Positions 7,563-20,103 of a stretch of DNA of 64,000 nucleotides are shown in pieces. Source of the DNA: Zancudomyces culisetae HAW-14-8 (Eukaryota > Fungi > Kickxellomycota); NCBI GenBank assembly GCA_052426225.1, contig JBNJNM010000011.1:1612001-1676000 (forward strand), read 5' to 3'. A program made the position numbers and the translations under genes. Numbering within the stretch: the stretch's first letter is position 1; each line of letters starts with the position of its first letter. The notes under the pieces are model-generated. The model did not search any database. It worked only from the letters and a program-made list of their open reading frames with translations, and was not told where the DNA came from.

Positions 7563-10438
7563 TTAGTTAGAAGTAAGCGTGGTTGCTCTAGGGAATAGTT
7601 CAGTAGCCTTTGAAATAAAAGAGGTGTAAAGGGCTTGTAAATCAGCCAGGACAACATTGAGATTTTCAAGAACCTTTTTGTTGTTATCTTTAGAGGTGTT
7701 AATGTGCTTTGTGTCGAGTTTGCAAAGCTCAATTGCAAGATACAAGGAGTCCTTGATTGAAAGAATGTCAGAAAGCTCCAATCTTGAAGTAGAGTTTTGG
7801 GATGACAGGAGAGGAATAATGTTTTTGGAAAAGACAGAAAGGATGCGGGAATAAAGCGAGTCCAAGTGCACTGGAACTAGGGAGGAAGATGAAGAGGAGG
7901 TAAGAGCCTTTAGAGAATCTAGAACGGCGGAATAGTAATTTAGCTGCAGGCTAGTTGAGGTAGATATAGACGACGAAAGTGGAGAAGAAGTCAGAAAATC
8001 AAGAAGCTGGTCAAGCTTTTGTGCATCAGCGGGGGCAGGATAGCAAGTAGCGAAATCGGTCTTTGCAAATGTGGCGGAAAGCTTGTTGGCATTGAGAGTG
8101 GAAAGAATTTTATCGAGCTGAGCTGAATATTGGGCGTCTGATAGGTCCAGCACAAGACTCAGAGCAAATAGAGAAGCGAACACGGCAAAGTAATCGCGAG
8201 AATCGGAATCAAACAGATTAGACGATGAAGCAGCATTGAACAGACATTGCAGGGCATCGGAGTATTTGCCTGTGCGGAAGTAAACAGCAAATGAACTGAG
8301 CCAGAGCTTTGGAGTCTTGAGATTTAGTTTTGAAATGGTAGAGAGAATAGGAGCGGCAAAGTCTAGAGGAGAGGAAGATTTTGCGTAAGGAAGGGAAAGG
8401 GCAACCTCATCCTCACTAGCAGGAACTGAAGAGGAAGAAGAAGAAGAGGTGGTGGTGGTGGTGGTGGTAGGTGTGACGGCAGGAGTATTGGATGTGGTGA
8501 TGTGTTTAGCCTTGAAACAGCGGTCATGCAAATAAACCAACCCGCCGAGGAAACCACCAACGGCTTCAATGTAAGATTTGCTGGAATCGTACATAGAATC
8601 TTCCCAACTCAAGAGATTCAGATAGGGTTTCAAAGTAGATTTTCTTAAGCAGTAAGCGTGAAAATCCAGCTGGTCGTCGTAGAATTCATTGTGGGCAGCG
8701 ATGACTTGATTGTAATGAACGAGAGCACGAGGGAATTTGTGCTTGTTTCTAAATGCGCGGGCCTTTTCTAAAAAGTACCAAACGACTTGCATGTCAACCA
8801 GTTCTTGCTTTTTGTGGACAGCATCGTCACGGATAAACAGTTGGATAGTCTTTTCAGCCTCTTTGACGTCTCCACAGCGCAGCAAATACTTGACTGTTTT
8901 AGTGTTAAGGAATCGGTCGGCCTTTTGGTCTACTCTGGCGACATTCATTGCATCCTTAGCCCCAACAAGATCCCCTTGATGCTTCAGTACTTTTGCTTTC
9001 AATACTTGCCACTCGGCCTTATCGTCTTGGTCAGCCTCTGTCTTTTCTATTATGTCTAAACTCTCTTTGTGCATTCCCAAATAGTCGTAATATTGCGCAA
9101 GGAAGTATTCAGACCATTGGCGCGCTTTTTCATTTGCCTGCTCGGTAATTCCTGGGTACTTTCCGGTCTCCAAAAGGCTTTTGTTGATTGATTCTACTAT
9201 TTCTCGCAGTTTTTTGCCTTTTTGTGTCTCATCCTTATTCTTATCCATAATTATTCCCTTAAGGTTCTTAAACAACGATGGAATTCCTTTATCGATCTGT
9301 TCTCTCAAATACTTTTCTGCTTCTTTGGAAAATTCCTCTCCAAATGTCACTTGCAGTATCCACTTCTGGATCGTATTTGATCTTGGATATTTTTCTAACA
9401 AATCCCTCAACGCTTGAACCATTCCTGGCTCTGGGCTTGCCTCCGCTTCGTCTTTCCACAGTGACAAACTCCTCAAGTATCCCTTCAAGTATTCCTCATT
9501 ATCGCTATTTCGCTCAACTAGACCAACATATACCCCCTTTGCTGCCTCATTGTTCCCCATTTTTTCGTAAATTCTGCCCTCGATCTCAGCGCTTGCTGTA
9601 TAATCCAGAATATCTTTCTTTCTCTTCTCTATGTTTTCTATTGCTTCTTCGTACTCTCCTGCCTTCTCCAGCATAAGAATTTTATACAACAAAAGCTCGC
9701 TTCTCTCTACTCGCTTTTCTGTAGTATCATTGGCAGCTTTATTTCCTCCACCTTCTCCATCAAGTGACGAGAGTGCTTGATCAATCACATCTGCTGATTC
9801 CAAATATTTGCCATTTAGCTGGTATGCCATCGATAACCCCAATAGATTTACTGTTGTCTTCCCTCCGAGCTCAACTACCCGAGTTCTGCTATCAATCAGC
9901 TTGTCGTTGAAATTCCTCGTGTGTGTTTGCAAATGTGCCAAATCTCGATGAATTTGCAAATTGTCTGGATCCCTTTTCAGCGATTGCATATAGCATCGTA
10001 TAGCATCTTCGTACTTTTTATCCGCCCGATATACCAACCCGTATATGTGCCAACTAATTCCACTGTTAATGTTGTACTTGAGCCCTTCCTTTACACAGGT
10101 ATAGCCTTCCTCTACTTTTCCAAGATTCGCTAAAAACAATCCCTTAAGTGCTAGCGTTTCTCCGTGTTTTGGACTCTTCTTGAGAATCTGTTCTGCCAGC
10201 TTTAGCCCTTTTTTGTGCTCGTGTGTTTCGAACATTTTCTATTTGACAGTTTACAAAAAACATTTTCATTTTGAATTTGAATTTGAAATCCAGTATACAA
10301 ATCTCATCCTACTTTGCTAATAACACCTACACTAGTACCGCAAAGATTTCAATCACAAAAATAAACTAGACTTACCAGTGCCTGGCGGAACATTGTTTGC
10401 CCTTTCAATGGCAGCTGATTTAGCGGATTATCACTCAT
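7563..10438 (-). CDS. NAA15: NatA N-terminal acetyltransferase auxiliary subunit (TPR); 2 exons (10438-10376, 10238-7563)
   Basis: YE/FE-x-KKGLK..HGETLALKGL, WHIYGL..RADKKY..AIRCY, DRFLNTK..KYLLR, DDQLDFHAYCLRK motifs. Phase-0 GTAAG...TAG intron joins MSDNPLNQLPLKGQTMFRQAL to KMFE. Confidence 0.93.
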
Positions 10439-11519
10439 CTTTCTAGCCTCTATTCTGATAATTATTCAAGTTTATAACCCCAATTCATCAAAATGTAAAC
10501 AGATGGATATCTATTATACTATGCTTATCTTGGCTTTATTGCCAAGTTTGTATCTTTAGGTATCTAGTTTGCCACAAACTGGCATCTTGCCGTTATCAAC
10601 TAAAATCCATACCTGTGCGAAAATTATTTCCAGGTATGTTACTGAATCTGGTACCCTTTGTGGCAGTTTCTTTGGTTTTCTCGTTGAAGTACTTGTTGGG
10701 ACTTTGGGTAGTATTTTTATCTACGTCTGTATCTACGTCTGTGTTTCTTTTAGCCTTTTTTTTTTCGCTTATGCTAAAACATAACAATAAGCAGCTAAAC
10801 AAACACATTCTATACTTATTATTACGTAAGTTTTGGTTGGGGGAGAGATGAAAATCCTGATATGTAGAACATTTACTAGAAAAAAAAATTTTTTTTCTTT
10901 TTGATTTCATTTACAATACTATTAATTTAGACCTTCTATAATCTCTAAAAAAAAAAAAACCCTCTTTTTTTACTCCTATCACAACATTGCCATCTCATTT
11001 TTCATCCGAATTTTTTCATCCAGTTGTTATAACTGCCTACTATCATTTCAAACACAAAATCAACTGACAAATGTTTTAGTGAGGGGCATATTGCAAACCC
11101 TGTAATACCCAAATACTTTTTTGCAAAGCATGTACCCATCTGATTCATTCTACAGCACTTTCCATCATTACGCGCCCAATAACTGATATCAATAAACCCT
11201 TTTAACAGAAAACGCATCTGTATCCGCGCCATTCCCCCCCTCCCCTCCTCTCTCCCTCTTTCGGTAAAGCCTTATTTCACCACCAGTGCTACATTATCAT
11301 TCTGTATTTACTACATCTATTCAAGCCCCATCATTATAAGACGATCAATACTCAAAGATCAAAATATTACGGATTTACACTTGCAAAATTTTTTGTACAT
11401 AATTTTTTTTTTAATGTGATGAATATATTTCATATTACAAGGCATTAATTACTTTCTTTCTGGCTTAGAGAAAAGTAAGTGGTAAACAGATATACAATTA
11501 AATACACAAGATACCAAAA

Positions 11520-13428
11520 ATGTCGGAAAAGGCGAAATCAATTTTAGGCTTTGCGGAAAACCCTCCTTGCGATTTCGATCAAGATTTGTTTGTTAGCAAA
11601 CTCGGCGGAAAACCTGTAAATACTTTCTCTATTTTTCTTTAATGTTTACCTTTCTCTTTACCTTTGCCTTTACAAATCAACTTTTATCATTTCCAAACTT
11701 TAAATGAGTCTACCAACACCGGTATATATATGATTTAATACATAAAACATAGAAATGGCTGATATACAACAAACCTTTACCTGCAACTCAGGTGATGTGC
11801 GGCAATTGCAAAAGCCCACTAGTTCTGCTCTTACAAGTAATTTCCTCATTTATATCTCACAATCTTTCTTTGTTTTGTAATTTTAATTGTATATAAAAAT
11901 ACGTAATTCTGTATAGCTCTATTTAACTCGCAACGTCCTGCTTTTTCTCAGGGCAAAAGAGGGTTGTATATGTATACTCAGTAGCTAACTTTTGATTAAC
12001 CTGTATAGCTGTATGCTCCAGAGGATGAACCCAAGCAAGCTTTCCACAGGATGCTCTATGTATTTATATGCAGGAACGGAAAATGCCATAGAGGGCCACA
12101 TAATCTAATGTAAAAAACTATTTAAATTTCTTTTCTCGACTCTCCATACTTTTGAACTATTACCAAAGGAAATACAAGCTAATATGGATACCAGTCGCGA
12201 ATTCAATCATAATATTTTGATACTAATAGAATGAAGGTATTCCGAAGTCAAATAACTGAAGAAAATGACTACTACTATGAAACCCAGGCAGAAACTAGCC
12301 GTATGTCCGATGTCGATGATGTTGAAAACAAAGACGTAGATATTGTCTGGAAACTAAAACAAACCGTTAAAAAACCTTTACTATGCTCAATATGTGGATT
12401 GTCGGGAAATTTCATGTGTAGTCAATGCAAGAACAAGCGATATTGTTCAAAAGAACACCAGTTGCTAGACTGGAGCTACGGGGGCCACAAATTTGATTGT
12501 CATTCAGAACACTCGTCTGCACAATCAAACAGTGGAAAGGTTGATGTAGTTAACATTGGGAACTCGAAATTTACTAATTACTTGTTCAAAGAAATGGAAA
12601 TAATTTCTGAGGTTGAAGAGATCGAAATAAAGGCAAAACCAGATCCAAGTATGTATCACGTAGCACTATTTTTTGGATATGTCTGATGGGCATACTCCTA
12701 CTTGCAAGAAGCTGGCCAATTAATTGTATATTTTAGTTGAATGTGATGACTAATATCCGTTATCTGTATAACAGTAGACGACAAATTACCTGTTCTAGTC
12801 CAAAAAGGAAACGAAATAGATGAGGAAGCCGAAGAGGATTCAAAAGTAGAGGTTGATAGACCATTTTTGGATTTCCAGGAAACTATTAGACACAATCCGG
12901 ACCAGGTAATCCGCTATGCCCGAAACCCAGATTACGACCAGAATGCCGAGCCCCTTTTTGTTTCTGATAAATCCGACTTTGATGTACCAAATTGCCAATT
13001 GTGTGGATCTAAGCGTGAATTTGAACTGCAGGTATTTATAGATATCTATTTTACTTATTTACTATTGGATTGGAACTACGCAAAATACTACTTCCAACAG
13101 CTTTCAAAGCATATTTTACAGAATTCATATGGATTCTAGCACTAATGATCATGTATATAACGAATAGATAATGCCACAAATGCTGAACTATTTACAACGA
13201 CCCGGAAACAACAGTAATGACCTTGAATATATTGATTGGGGTACACTGCTAATTTATACCTGTCCCAATAATTGCGAATTGCCACCAGACCAAAACTACA
13301 CACCCGAAGTGATTATTCGTCAGAACTTTACATCAGATGGAATTGGTGGTAGGTATTATAAAGCAAGCATGGGTCTTTATACCGAGGAAGGCGTTATTGA
13401 TGATGCATTTGATCAAATTCAGATTTAG
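11520..13428 (+). CDS. PDCD2: PDCD2/TSR4-family protein (zf-MYND + PDCD2_C), 6 exons
   Basis: Reconstructed exons: SKLGGKP|KWL, C..C..PLVLLLQ|LYAP, FHRMLYVFIC, MYND CSICG..CSQCK..YCSKEHQLLDW..GHK, PDQVIRY, C..CG..REFELQ|IMPQML, DWGTLLIYTC. Confidence 0.9.
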
Positions 13429-14457
13429 ATTTAGATTTAGATTTGAATGACTTCTCTCTATTTCTTCCTTATTGTTTCTTTTTTTTAGCTTTGTTTTGTT
13501 CAAAAATAGATCTCTTTTTGTTTGAATGATGGTTCAAATAACAGTGGTGTAGATATACTTTTTATAAAAACGGTAGTTAGTGTATTTGGATCAGGTGTAA
13601 TTCTTAAGCTGGCGGCTTACTGGTCAAATTGGATCATACTGGCTTACCAGCTTCAATTTTCTACCAAAGTTTGGCAAAGAGTATCACTATTGAACCCTTA
13701 AAGGGATGTATACACCCTATATTGCTCAACATCCATATCTACTCTAATTCGTGCATGAAAAATGAACATATACCATAATGATCTGACCAAAAAAAAAAGA
13801 CATTTGATGCCCACACATGGCCTGCTACCCCTGCCAGTTGCTGAGGGATGAAATTGTGATTTGGCTGTGTGGTTCAACATTTACAGGTGTAAATCTCAAG
13901 CAAGTATTCCATGGAACATAATCGAAATTTCAGACCCAACACCCACCTATGCTCCTCAAATAAAAATTGATCAAAATGGAATTTCATCGAAAAAAATTTT
14001 TGTGGTAGCTTTGTTTGGATGAACTGGATAGCAGCTTGAAAAAAAGCGACCAATGAATTATTGCTGGAAATGGCTTGAAGCTGGAGGTTGAGGTTTTCTT
14101 TCCCATTTTAGCACAATTTTTATTTTCGCACTAAGATTTTTTTTCATGCCTTTGAAGTAATTATTCTTTCGAAAATGTGGTAAACAGCAAATAGGCAGTT
14201 GGGAAATAGTCAACTGGGGGACTCAACATTCGAGGAAAGAAAAAAAGAAAACACTATTACTATAAACATTCGAAGAAAAAAAATAGAAAGCAAATACAAG
14301 ATAAATAACTAGAACAACACGAGTATCCAACTCAACTTATTAGATTCTGTCAAAGTATACAAAAATATTCAAAACCTGTGTTTTCACAACTATTGTCACT
14401 TTTAGTTAATTATTGTTAAACAACGTGTATCATAAAAAAAACATCTAGTTGAAAAAA

Positions 14458-16161
14458 ATGCCAACAGCTGAAGAATATAAAGCATTGGGAAACAAAGCCT
14501 TCACCTCTGGAAATTACGAGGAGGCAGTTAAGCAATTCACACTGGCAATCGAGGCTGATGGAACAAACCATGTTCTCTACTCTAACCGATCCGGCGCCTA
14601 TGCAGGTCTCCGCAAGTATGATGAGGCACTCCAAGACGCAGAAAAAACCGTTAGCCTGAAGTCGGATTGGCCAAAGGGTTACGGCCGCAAGGGAGCAGCA
14701 TTGCACGGATTAAAAAAGTTTGAAGAGGCAAAGGCAGCCTACGAAGAGGGACTTAAAATAGATCCAAACAATGCTCAGCTAACAAAGGGTCTAAGCGAAG
14801 TGGAGGAGATTTTGGCAGAGGCAAATTCACCATTTGACAATCTGTTTAAGGGTGATGTTGTTTCAAAAATAGCAGCAAATCCACAACTCTCACCATATCT
14901 GTCTCAACCAGACTTCATGGCAAAGGTTTTGGAAATTCAAAAGGACCCAAGTGCACTGAGCAAACATATGGGTGATCAAAGAATAATGACATTGGCAATG
15001 TCGCTGATGGGTTTGGATCCCAGCATTTTGAGCAAAGTTGGTGAACAAGGCGGAGAGGAAGAAAGCGCCCCAGAACCATACGTCGAACCCAAACCAGCAC
15101 AGAAAGCACCAGAGAAAAAAGAAGAAAAGGTACAGGAAGAACCCATGGAGGTCGAGCCAACTGAAGAGGACAAAGCCAAGGTTGAGGCATTGAAGGAAAA
15201 GGACCTGGGAAATGCTGCTTACAAGAAAAAAGACTTTAAAGCAGCACTTGAGCACTACGAGAAGGCTATCAGTTTGGCACCAGCAGAAATCACATTCTAT
15301 AACAACAAAGCAGCAGTATACTTCGAGATGGGAAACTTTGAAGAATGCATTAAATTGGCTGAACAGGCTGTAGATGTTGGTCGCGAAAATAGAGCTGACT
15401 ATAAACTCGTTGCACGCTCGTTTAACCGTATGGGAACCGCTTATCATAAGTTGGGCGATTTGGAAAACTCCATCAAGTTTTACAACAAGTCGTTAATGGA
15501 GTACCGCACAGCAGATACACTGAACAAACTTAAGGCTGTCGAAAAGGAACTTAAAATAAAGACCGAGACCGAGTACTTGGATGATGAAAAGGCTGAAGAG
15601 GCTAGAGCACGCGGAAACGATCTATTTAAGCAAGGAAAGTTTCCAGAGGCCATCAAGGAGTATACCGAGGCTGTGAAACGCAACCCCAAGGACCCTCGTG
15701 CATATTCCAACAGAGCTGCTTGTTATACTAAGCTTATGGCTCTTCCTGAAGCGCTCAAAGATGCCAATAAATGTATCGAACTCGATGAATTCTTTGTAAA
15801 GGCATATTTGCGTAAAGCTGCTATTGAGTTTATCAAGAGAGATTATGCTGAATGTATGGAAATCTGCGAGCTGGCTTCAGAAAAGGACGTCGATAAGAAA
15901 CACACCGCCGAAATCCAGCAACAACTCGCCAAATGTTATTCTGCAATCAGGGAGAACAACAATACGACTAAGCCTGAAGAGGCCTTGAAGAAGGCACAGT
16001 CTGACCCAGAACTTCAGAGAATAATTGCTGATCCTGCAATGCAAGCCATTTTGCAACAGATGCAAACTGATCCACGTGCTGTCCAAGAGCACTTGAAAAA
16101 CCCTGTTGTTGCCAAAAATCTAAGAAAACTGATGGCCGCTGGTATTGTTAGAATGGGCTAG
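14458..16161 (+). CDS. STI1: Hsp70/Hsp90 organising co-chaperone (TPR1-DP1-TPR2A-TPR2B-DP2), intronless
   Basis: KALGNKAF..NHVLYSNRS, KPDW-like KSDWPKGYGRKG, three TPR domains, DP repeats, C-terminal KLMAAGIV. ATG at 14458. Confidence 0.96.
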   Translation: MPTAEEYKALGNKAFTSGNYEEAVKQFTLAIEADGTNHVLYSNRSGAYAGLRKYDEALQDAEKTVSLKSDWPKGYGRKGAALHGLKKFEEAKAAYEEGLKIDPNNAQLTKGLSEVEEILAEANSPFDNLFKGDVVSKIAANPQLSPYLSQPDFMAKVLEIQKDPSALSKHMGDQRIMTLAMSLMGLDPSILSKVGEQGGEEESAPEPYVEPKPAQKAPEKKEEKVQEEPMEVEPTEEDKAKVEALKEKDLGNAAYKKKDFKAALEHYEKAISLAPAEITFYNNKAAVYFEMGNFEECIKLAEQAVDVGRENRADYKLVARSFNRMGTAYHKLGDLENSIKFYNKSLMEYRTADTLNKLKAVEKELKIKTETEYLDDEKAEEARARGNDLFKQGKFPEAIKEYTEAVKRNPKDPRAYSNRAACYTKLMALPEALKDANKCIELDEFFVKAYLRKAAIEFIKRDYAECMEICELASEKDVDKKHTAEIQQQLAKCYSAIRENNNTTKPEEALKKAQSDPELQRIIADPAMQAILQQMQTDPRAVQEHLKNPVVAKNLRKLMAAGIVRMG

Positions 16162-17412
16162 TTTAGTTCTTGCCCTCCCCTCCCCTTTTTTCTGGTTTTA
16201 ATGATTAGTTTTTTTATTCTGCTTGTTTTGTTTGTTATATCGAGGAGTGCTACTAATACATTTATTATGTTAAATTAAATACGCCTAACCCCGTCCTAAG
16301 CTTATCTTTATCCATTAGCACTTCCACCCTAACTCCACCACTAAGATGGCTCGCTCTTCCTATTGTCGCCACAACTTCCTGTATCAAATTGAGACTGGCG
16401 CTTTTGCCCAAAAAAAATATAGAAACCCGTCAAAGGGTGGGTTGGTCAAAAGTCAAAAAAAAATTGCAAACCAAAGTGGACCCATCTCTTAAGCCATAAC
16501 AGTGTCACTCTTGGTAAATTACACTTTCTGTGAAATATATTTTTAGTAGCGGCTTTGTAAAGTTTTATAATTCAATTAGATAATTATGAAATGATTCCAC
16601 AATCCGATTGTATCGATAAGCCAACAAGTGCATGCAAATCTCACCCACCCCAGTTGTTTTCAATATCACAATACACGCCAACTAGATCCTAAAAACAGGA
16701 ATGCAAATTAATATGAGGAAATTGAGCGTAACTATCGAGCCATGCCATGCCTAACAAGGGAATTTCCTGGGTTTATGGTGGAATTTCCTGGAACCTTAGC
16801 CTTGGGCCCTGAGTAGTAATCAGAGGCTTTCTTTTGGTTTCGGCTTACTACTTGATGTTTTCATTTTCCCGGAGTCACATCTCATCAAACACCCTTGTAG
16901 AGCTTGGTTAGAATATGACAATTGTTACACCTCAAACAAACAAAAAAAAGTAAAAGAGTGACATAAATGTGATTTTCAAGCAGGAAACAAACTGTAGTGA
17001 AAATGGAAATAGCCGCAAATTACCAAATGCTACTAGCTCATTATCCATTCCCTCGCCTACTTGACAGCCTATTTACATAATATAGATTCATTGAATGGCG
17101 ATAAAATACTCGTTAATTTTTTTTTTGATACCAGTGGAGCGTGCGGCAATAAAAAAGCGGATTGCGCAATTACTGGAAAGAGAGTAATGGTTAGATTTGA
17201 TATATTAAGCCCACATCATCGCTTAAATTTTTCATCAGTTTACCTCTGTTCCTTCTAATACCTCTTGCGCTCTACCATAAGAACAAACATACCTTCTACT
17301 TTTTTTTTCTATGTATAAAAGGGAGAAAGCAGTGGATTCCGACAGAGAAGCAGCGATTTGCATAGATTAATAGAAATTCGATAACATAAGCAGATTTATA
17401 AAAAAAAAGGAT

Positions 17413-19352
17413 ATGAGTAGCAGTTTTTTGTTGGGAAACTTCTACGAGGTCCTGGCCCAGGTAGTGGGATTTGCCTTGACCGATGCAGAAAAGGAAAAGG
17501 TGGTGCTTGAATTTAGAAATTTCCACAAAAAGCTTCAGAGCATAAGTAGTGCAAATCTGGCCAAGTTGGCCCAGAAGGAAAAGGACGGCGAATTTATAAA
17601 AATAAAGTGTAAGCACAAGGGACGCTCATGTACTCAGAATGCGGTGAGGGGATTTGTCAAGGCGTTTGTGGCGGGGCTTGGGGTCAAGTATTTGCTTGAT
17701 ATCGTACCGCTGTTGATCAGTCTAAAGATCTTTAAAAGGTAACTCTACTTTGTTGTGATTATATTTTAAAAGCACCAGACTATATGTTTGTGCTGCTCTT
17801 ACTTGTCTCTATGTTAAAGAAACAACGTTGAGAATTCAATCTTTAAGAGAACCATGGTTGCTAGACTGTAAATGTGGAATAATTACATATCCAACAGCTT
17901 TTTTTTTTTTGCTAATATAGACCTGGCGAAATATTTCGACTATTCAAGAGGGACAACCTTCAGTTTGCAGCATTTTTATCCCTGACAATAGGGCTATACA
18001 AAACATTATTGTGTTTTCTTAGGAGCATAAGAAGCAAAGGTTCTTGGGGTGGTGATCGGCTTAACAGCTTTTTGGCAGGATTAATTGCAGGGGGAGTAGG
18101 TATTCAGGTGGAAAAAAACGCCAGTAGACGATTCACTATAACGCAGTATGTATTTACACGATCCTTGATATGTTTAATCATACACCTTTACGCCAAAGTG
18201 AGGAAGGCCTACATAAAATCCAGGGATGAGAGTACAGATTATGAACCTGATGAAGACAGAGTTTTGCTCGTAAGTGTTTCATTTTATTTTTCTTTACTCT
18301 GCTTTGGGTGATAATGTTTCCTATATTAAGCCACTAATAATTAAATTCTGCAAATATTATACTAAAAGAACCGGAACAGCGAGCAGGAAGCACTGAGATT
18401 CACAAACATAAATAATGTGCGATTTAAAGTGCATCAGGATTCAAAACTAGACAAAGTCTTATCTGCTCTGGATACCTTTTTAATGAACTATGGACCAACT
18501 ATGCTTATGGCAGTGTCTACAAGCTATGTGGCTCATGCGCTTTTAAAAGCTTCACACTTGTTTCCAAGATCATATTATAGATTTTTGATGACTTACTCAG
18601 GATTTTCAACAAAACTTCCAGGCCATCTGGAGGATATATTCCCACTATTTACCAAATTGGTTGACTACGAATACGAAACTAACTCCACTGCACTGACGCG
18701 TATTCCAGACGGCATGAAGACGTATGAGATGTTTGAACAGCATCCGGTCGCTTCTTCATTTGCAGATGCTCATGATAAGTCGCTAAGTCACGATTGGGTT
18801 CAATGTGCCATTCTACATCCTTACACGCCACATTGTTCAGTTGGATTTGTACATTTCTTGAAGGAGGTATTTCCTAAATCCTTACTCATCTACCTTCCTT
18901 TGAACTTTGCTTCTGCTGTGATATTCAAAAGAAAAGCATTAATTGTTGACCCAGTTCGCTCGTCTACCCATATACTTAAGGCATCGCTACGTAGCTCGAC
19001 ATTTTTTGCTCTTATGGTAGCATGTGCCGGAACTGCACCTTGCTATCTTAAAAGAATTCTTGGATTTGAACACCCATCAATATACTATGTCAACGGGCTG
19101 TTTGCAGGACTTTCTGTTTTGGTTGAAAAGCCTTCAAGAAGAATGGAATTGGGTATGTACGTATTTATGCGGGCATTAGAGCTGTTTTGGCGCAAAAAAT
19201 TGCATGCAAGGAACGCCAAAGCATTCCCAAGGCTTGAAAAGATTTTGTTCGCAGTATCATTTGCCAACCTTATTATGCTATACCAGAACAATACAGATCA
19301 TGTTAATTACACAACCAGATCAATTATGACTAGAATATTCGGAAAAAACTGA
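17413..19352 (+). CDS. TMEM135-family membrane protein, 3 exons
   Basis: CKHKGRSCTQNAVRGF, FAAFL..GLYKTLLCFLR, FLAGLIAG, C..LHP...C, RSSTFFA, EKPSRRMELGMY..RALE. Confidence 0.8.
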
Positions 19353-20103
19353 GACAACACTTGTTTTTATCTAGCGCGTTACATGGTTAGTGTAAAAAGA
19401 CACTTTTTTTTTTCGGCTGTGGTTACAACCAAACTCTCGGTTACAAACGAGTCAATTAGGCAAATATACATATAAATATACATACAAATATACATACACA
19501 CATTATGTTTATGTTTACGTACTTAGCATTGCTCGTTTATTGTCAATAGCACTATACAGATTATTATTAATCAACACCAATAACTGGATTAAAATCATCC
19601 TTACAACATTCAGAGTTAGCCAATCAGTTGGCAGAATTTATAATTTGCAAATCTTGCAGTAATTTGAGAATTTCCAACAATTGAGGAAATTGTCTCTATT
19701 AATTTAAAATTCGCGAAAAATATTTAGTGGCTAAGAAGAGGAAAGAATATAAAAAAATTTTATTGCTTGAACTTCGGGGGCGGGTGGTAATATCGATGAC
19801 TGAAATTAGGGAAGCAGAATAATTGTAGAGAAAATTAAATTATAAAGAAATACAGGATAATATCACCATTTTTTTTTTATTATTGCCAATATTTTGCATA
19901 TTTCTCTTTAAAAATTTGAAGTAAAAAAAAATAATATAGTAGTAAAAATATAATCTACCAAAAGGCGTCAAGCAATTCTAACGTTCAAGAGCGGGATAAA
20001 GAGTTGATCCATTTACAACCTCAAATATTGATAGTTTACTTAATAAAAGAGGGACCTTGTTTATAAATTAGGACAGAAAAATTATTAAAAACAAAGGGGA
20101 AAA

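Noticed and set aside
13900-14300. Heat-shock element upstream of STI1
   Set aside because: Only one GAAnnTTC (about 13924) and mis-spaced GAA/TTC units; no three-unit HSE.
16759-16792. GGAATTTCCTGG direct repeat resembling an NF-kB site
   Set aside because: Only two copies, and no such factor is expected in fungi.
17340-17370. ACAGAGAAG as a U6 snRNA box
   Set aside because: The flanking U6 sequence is absent. No tRNA, rRNA, snRNA or CRISPR array was recognised anywhere in the window.
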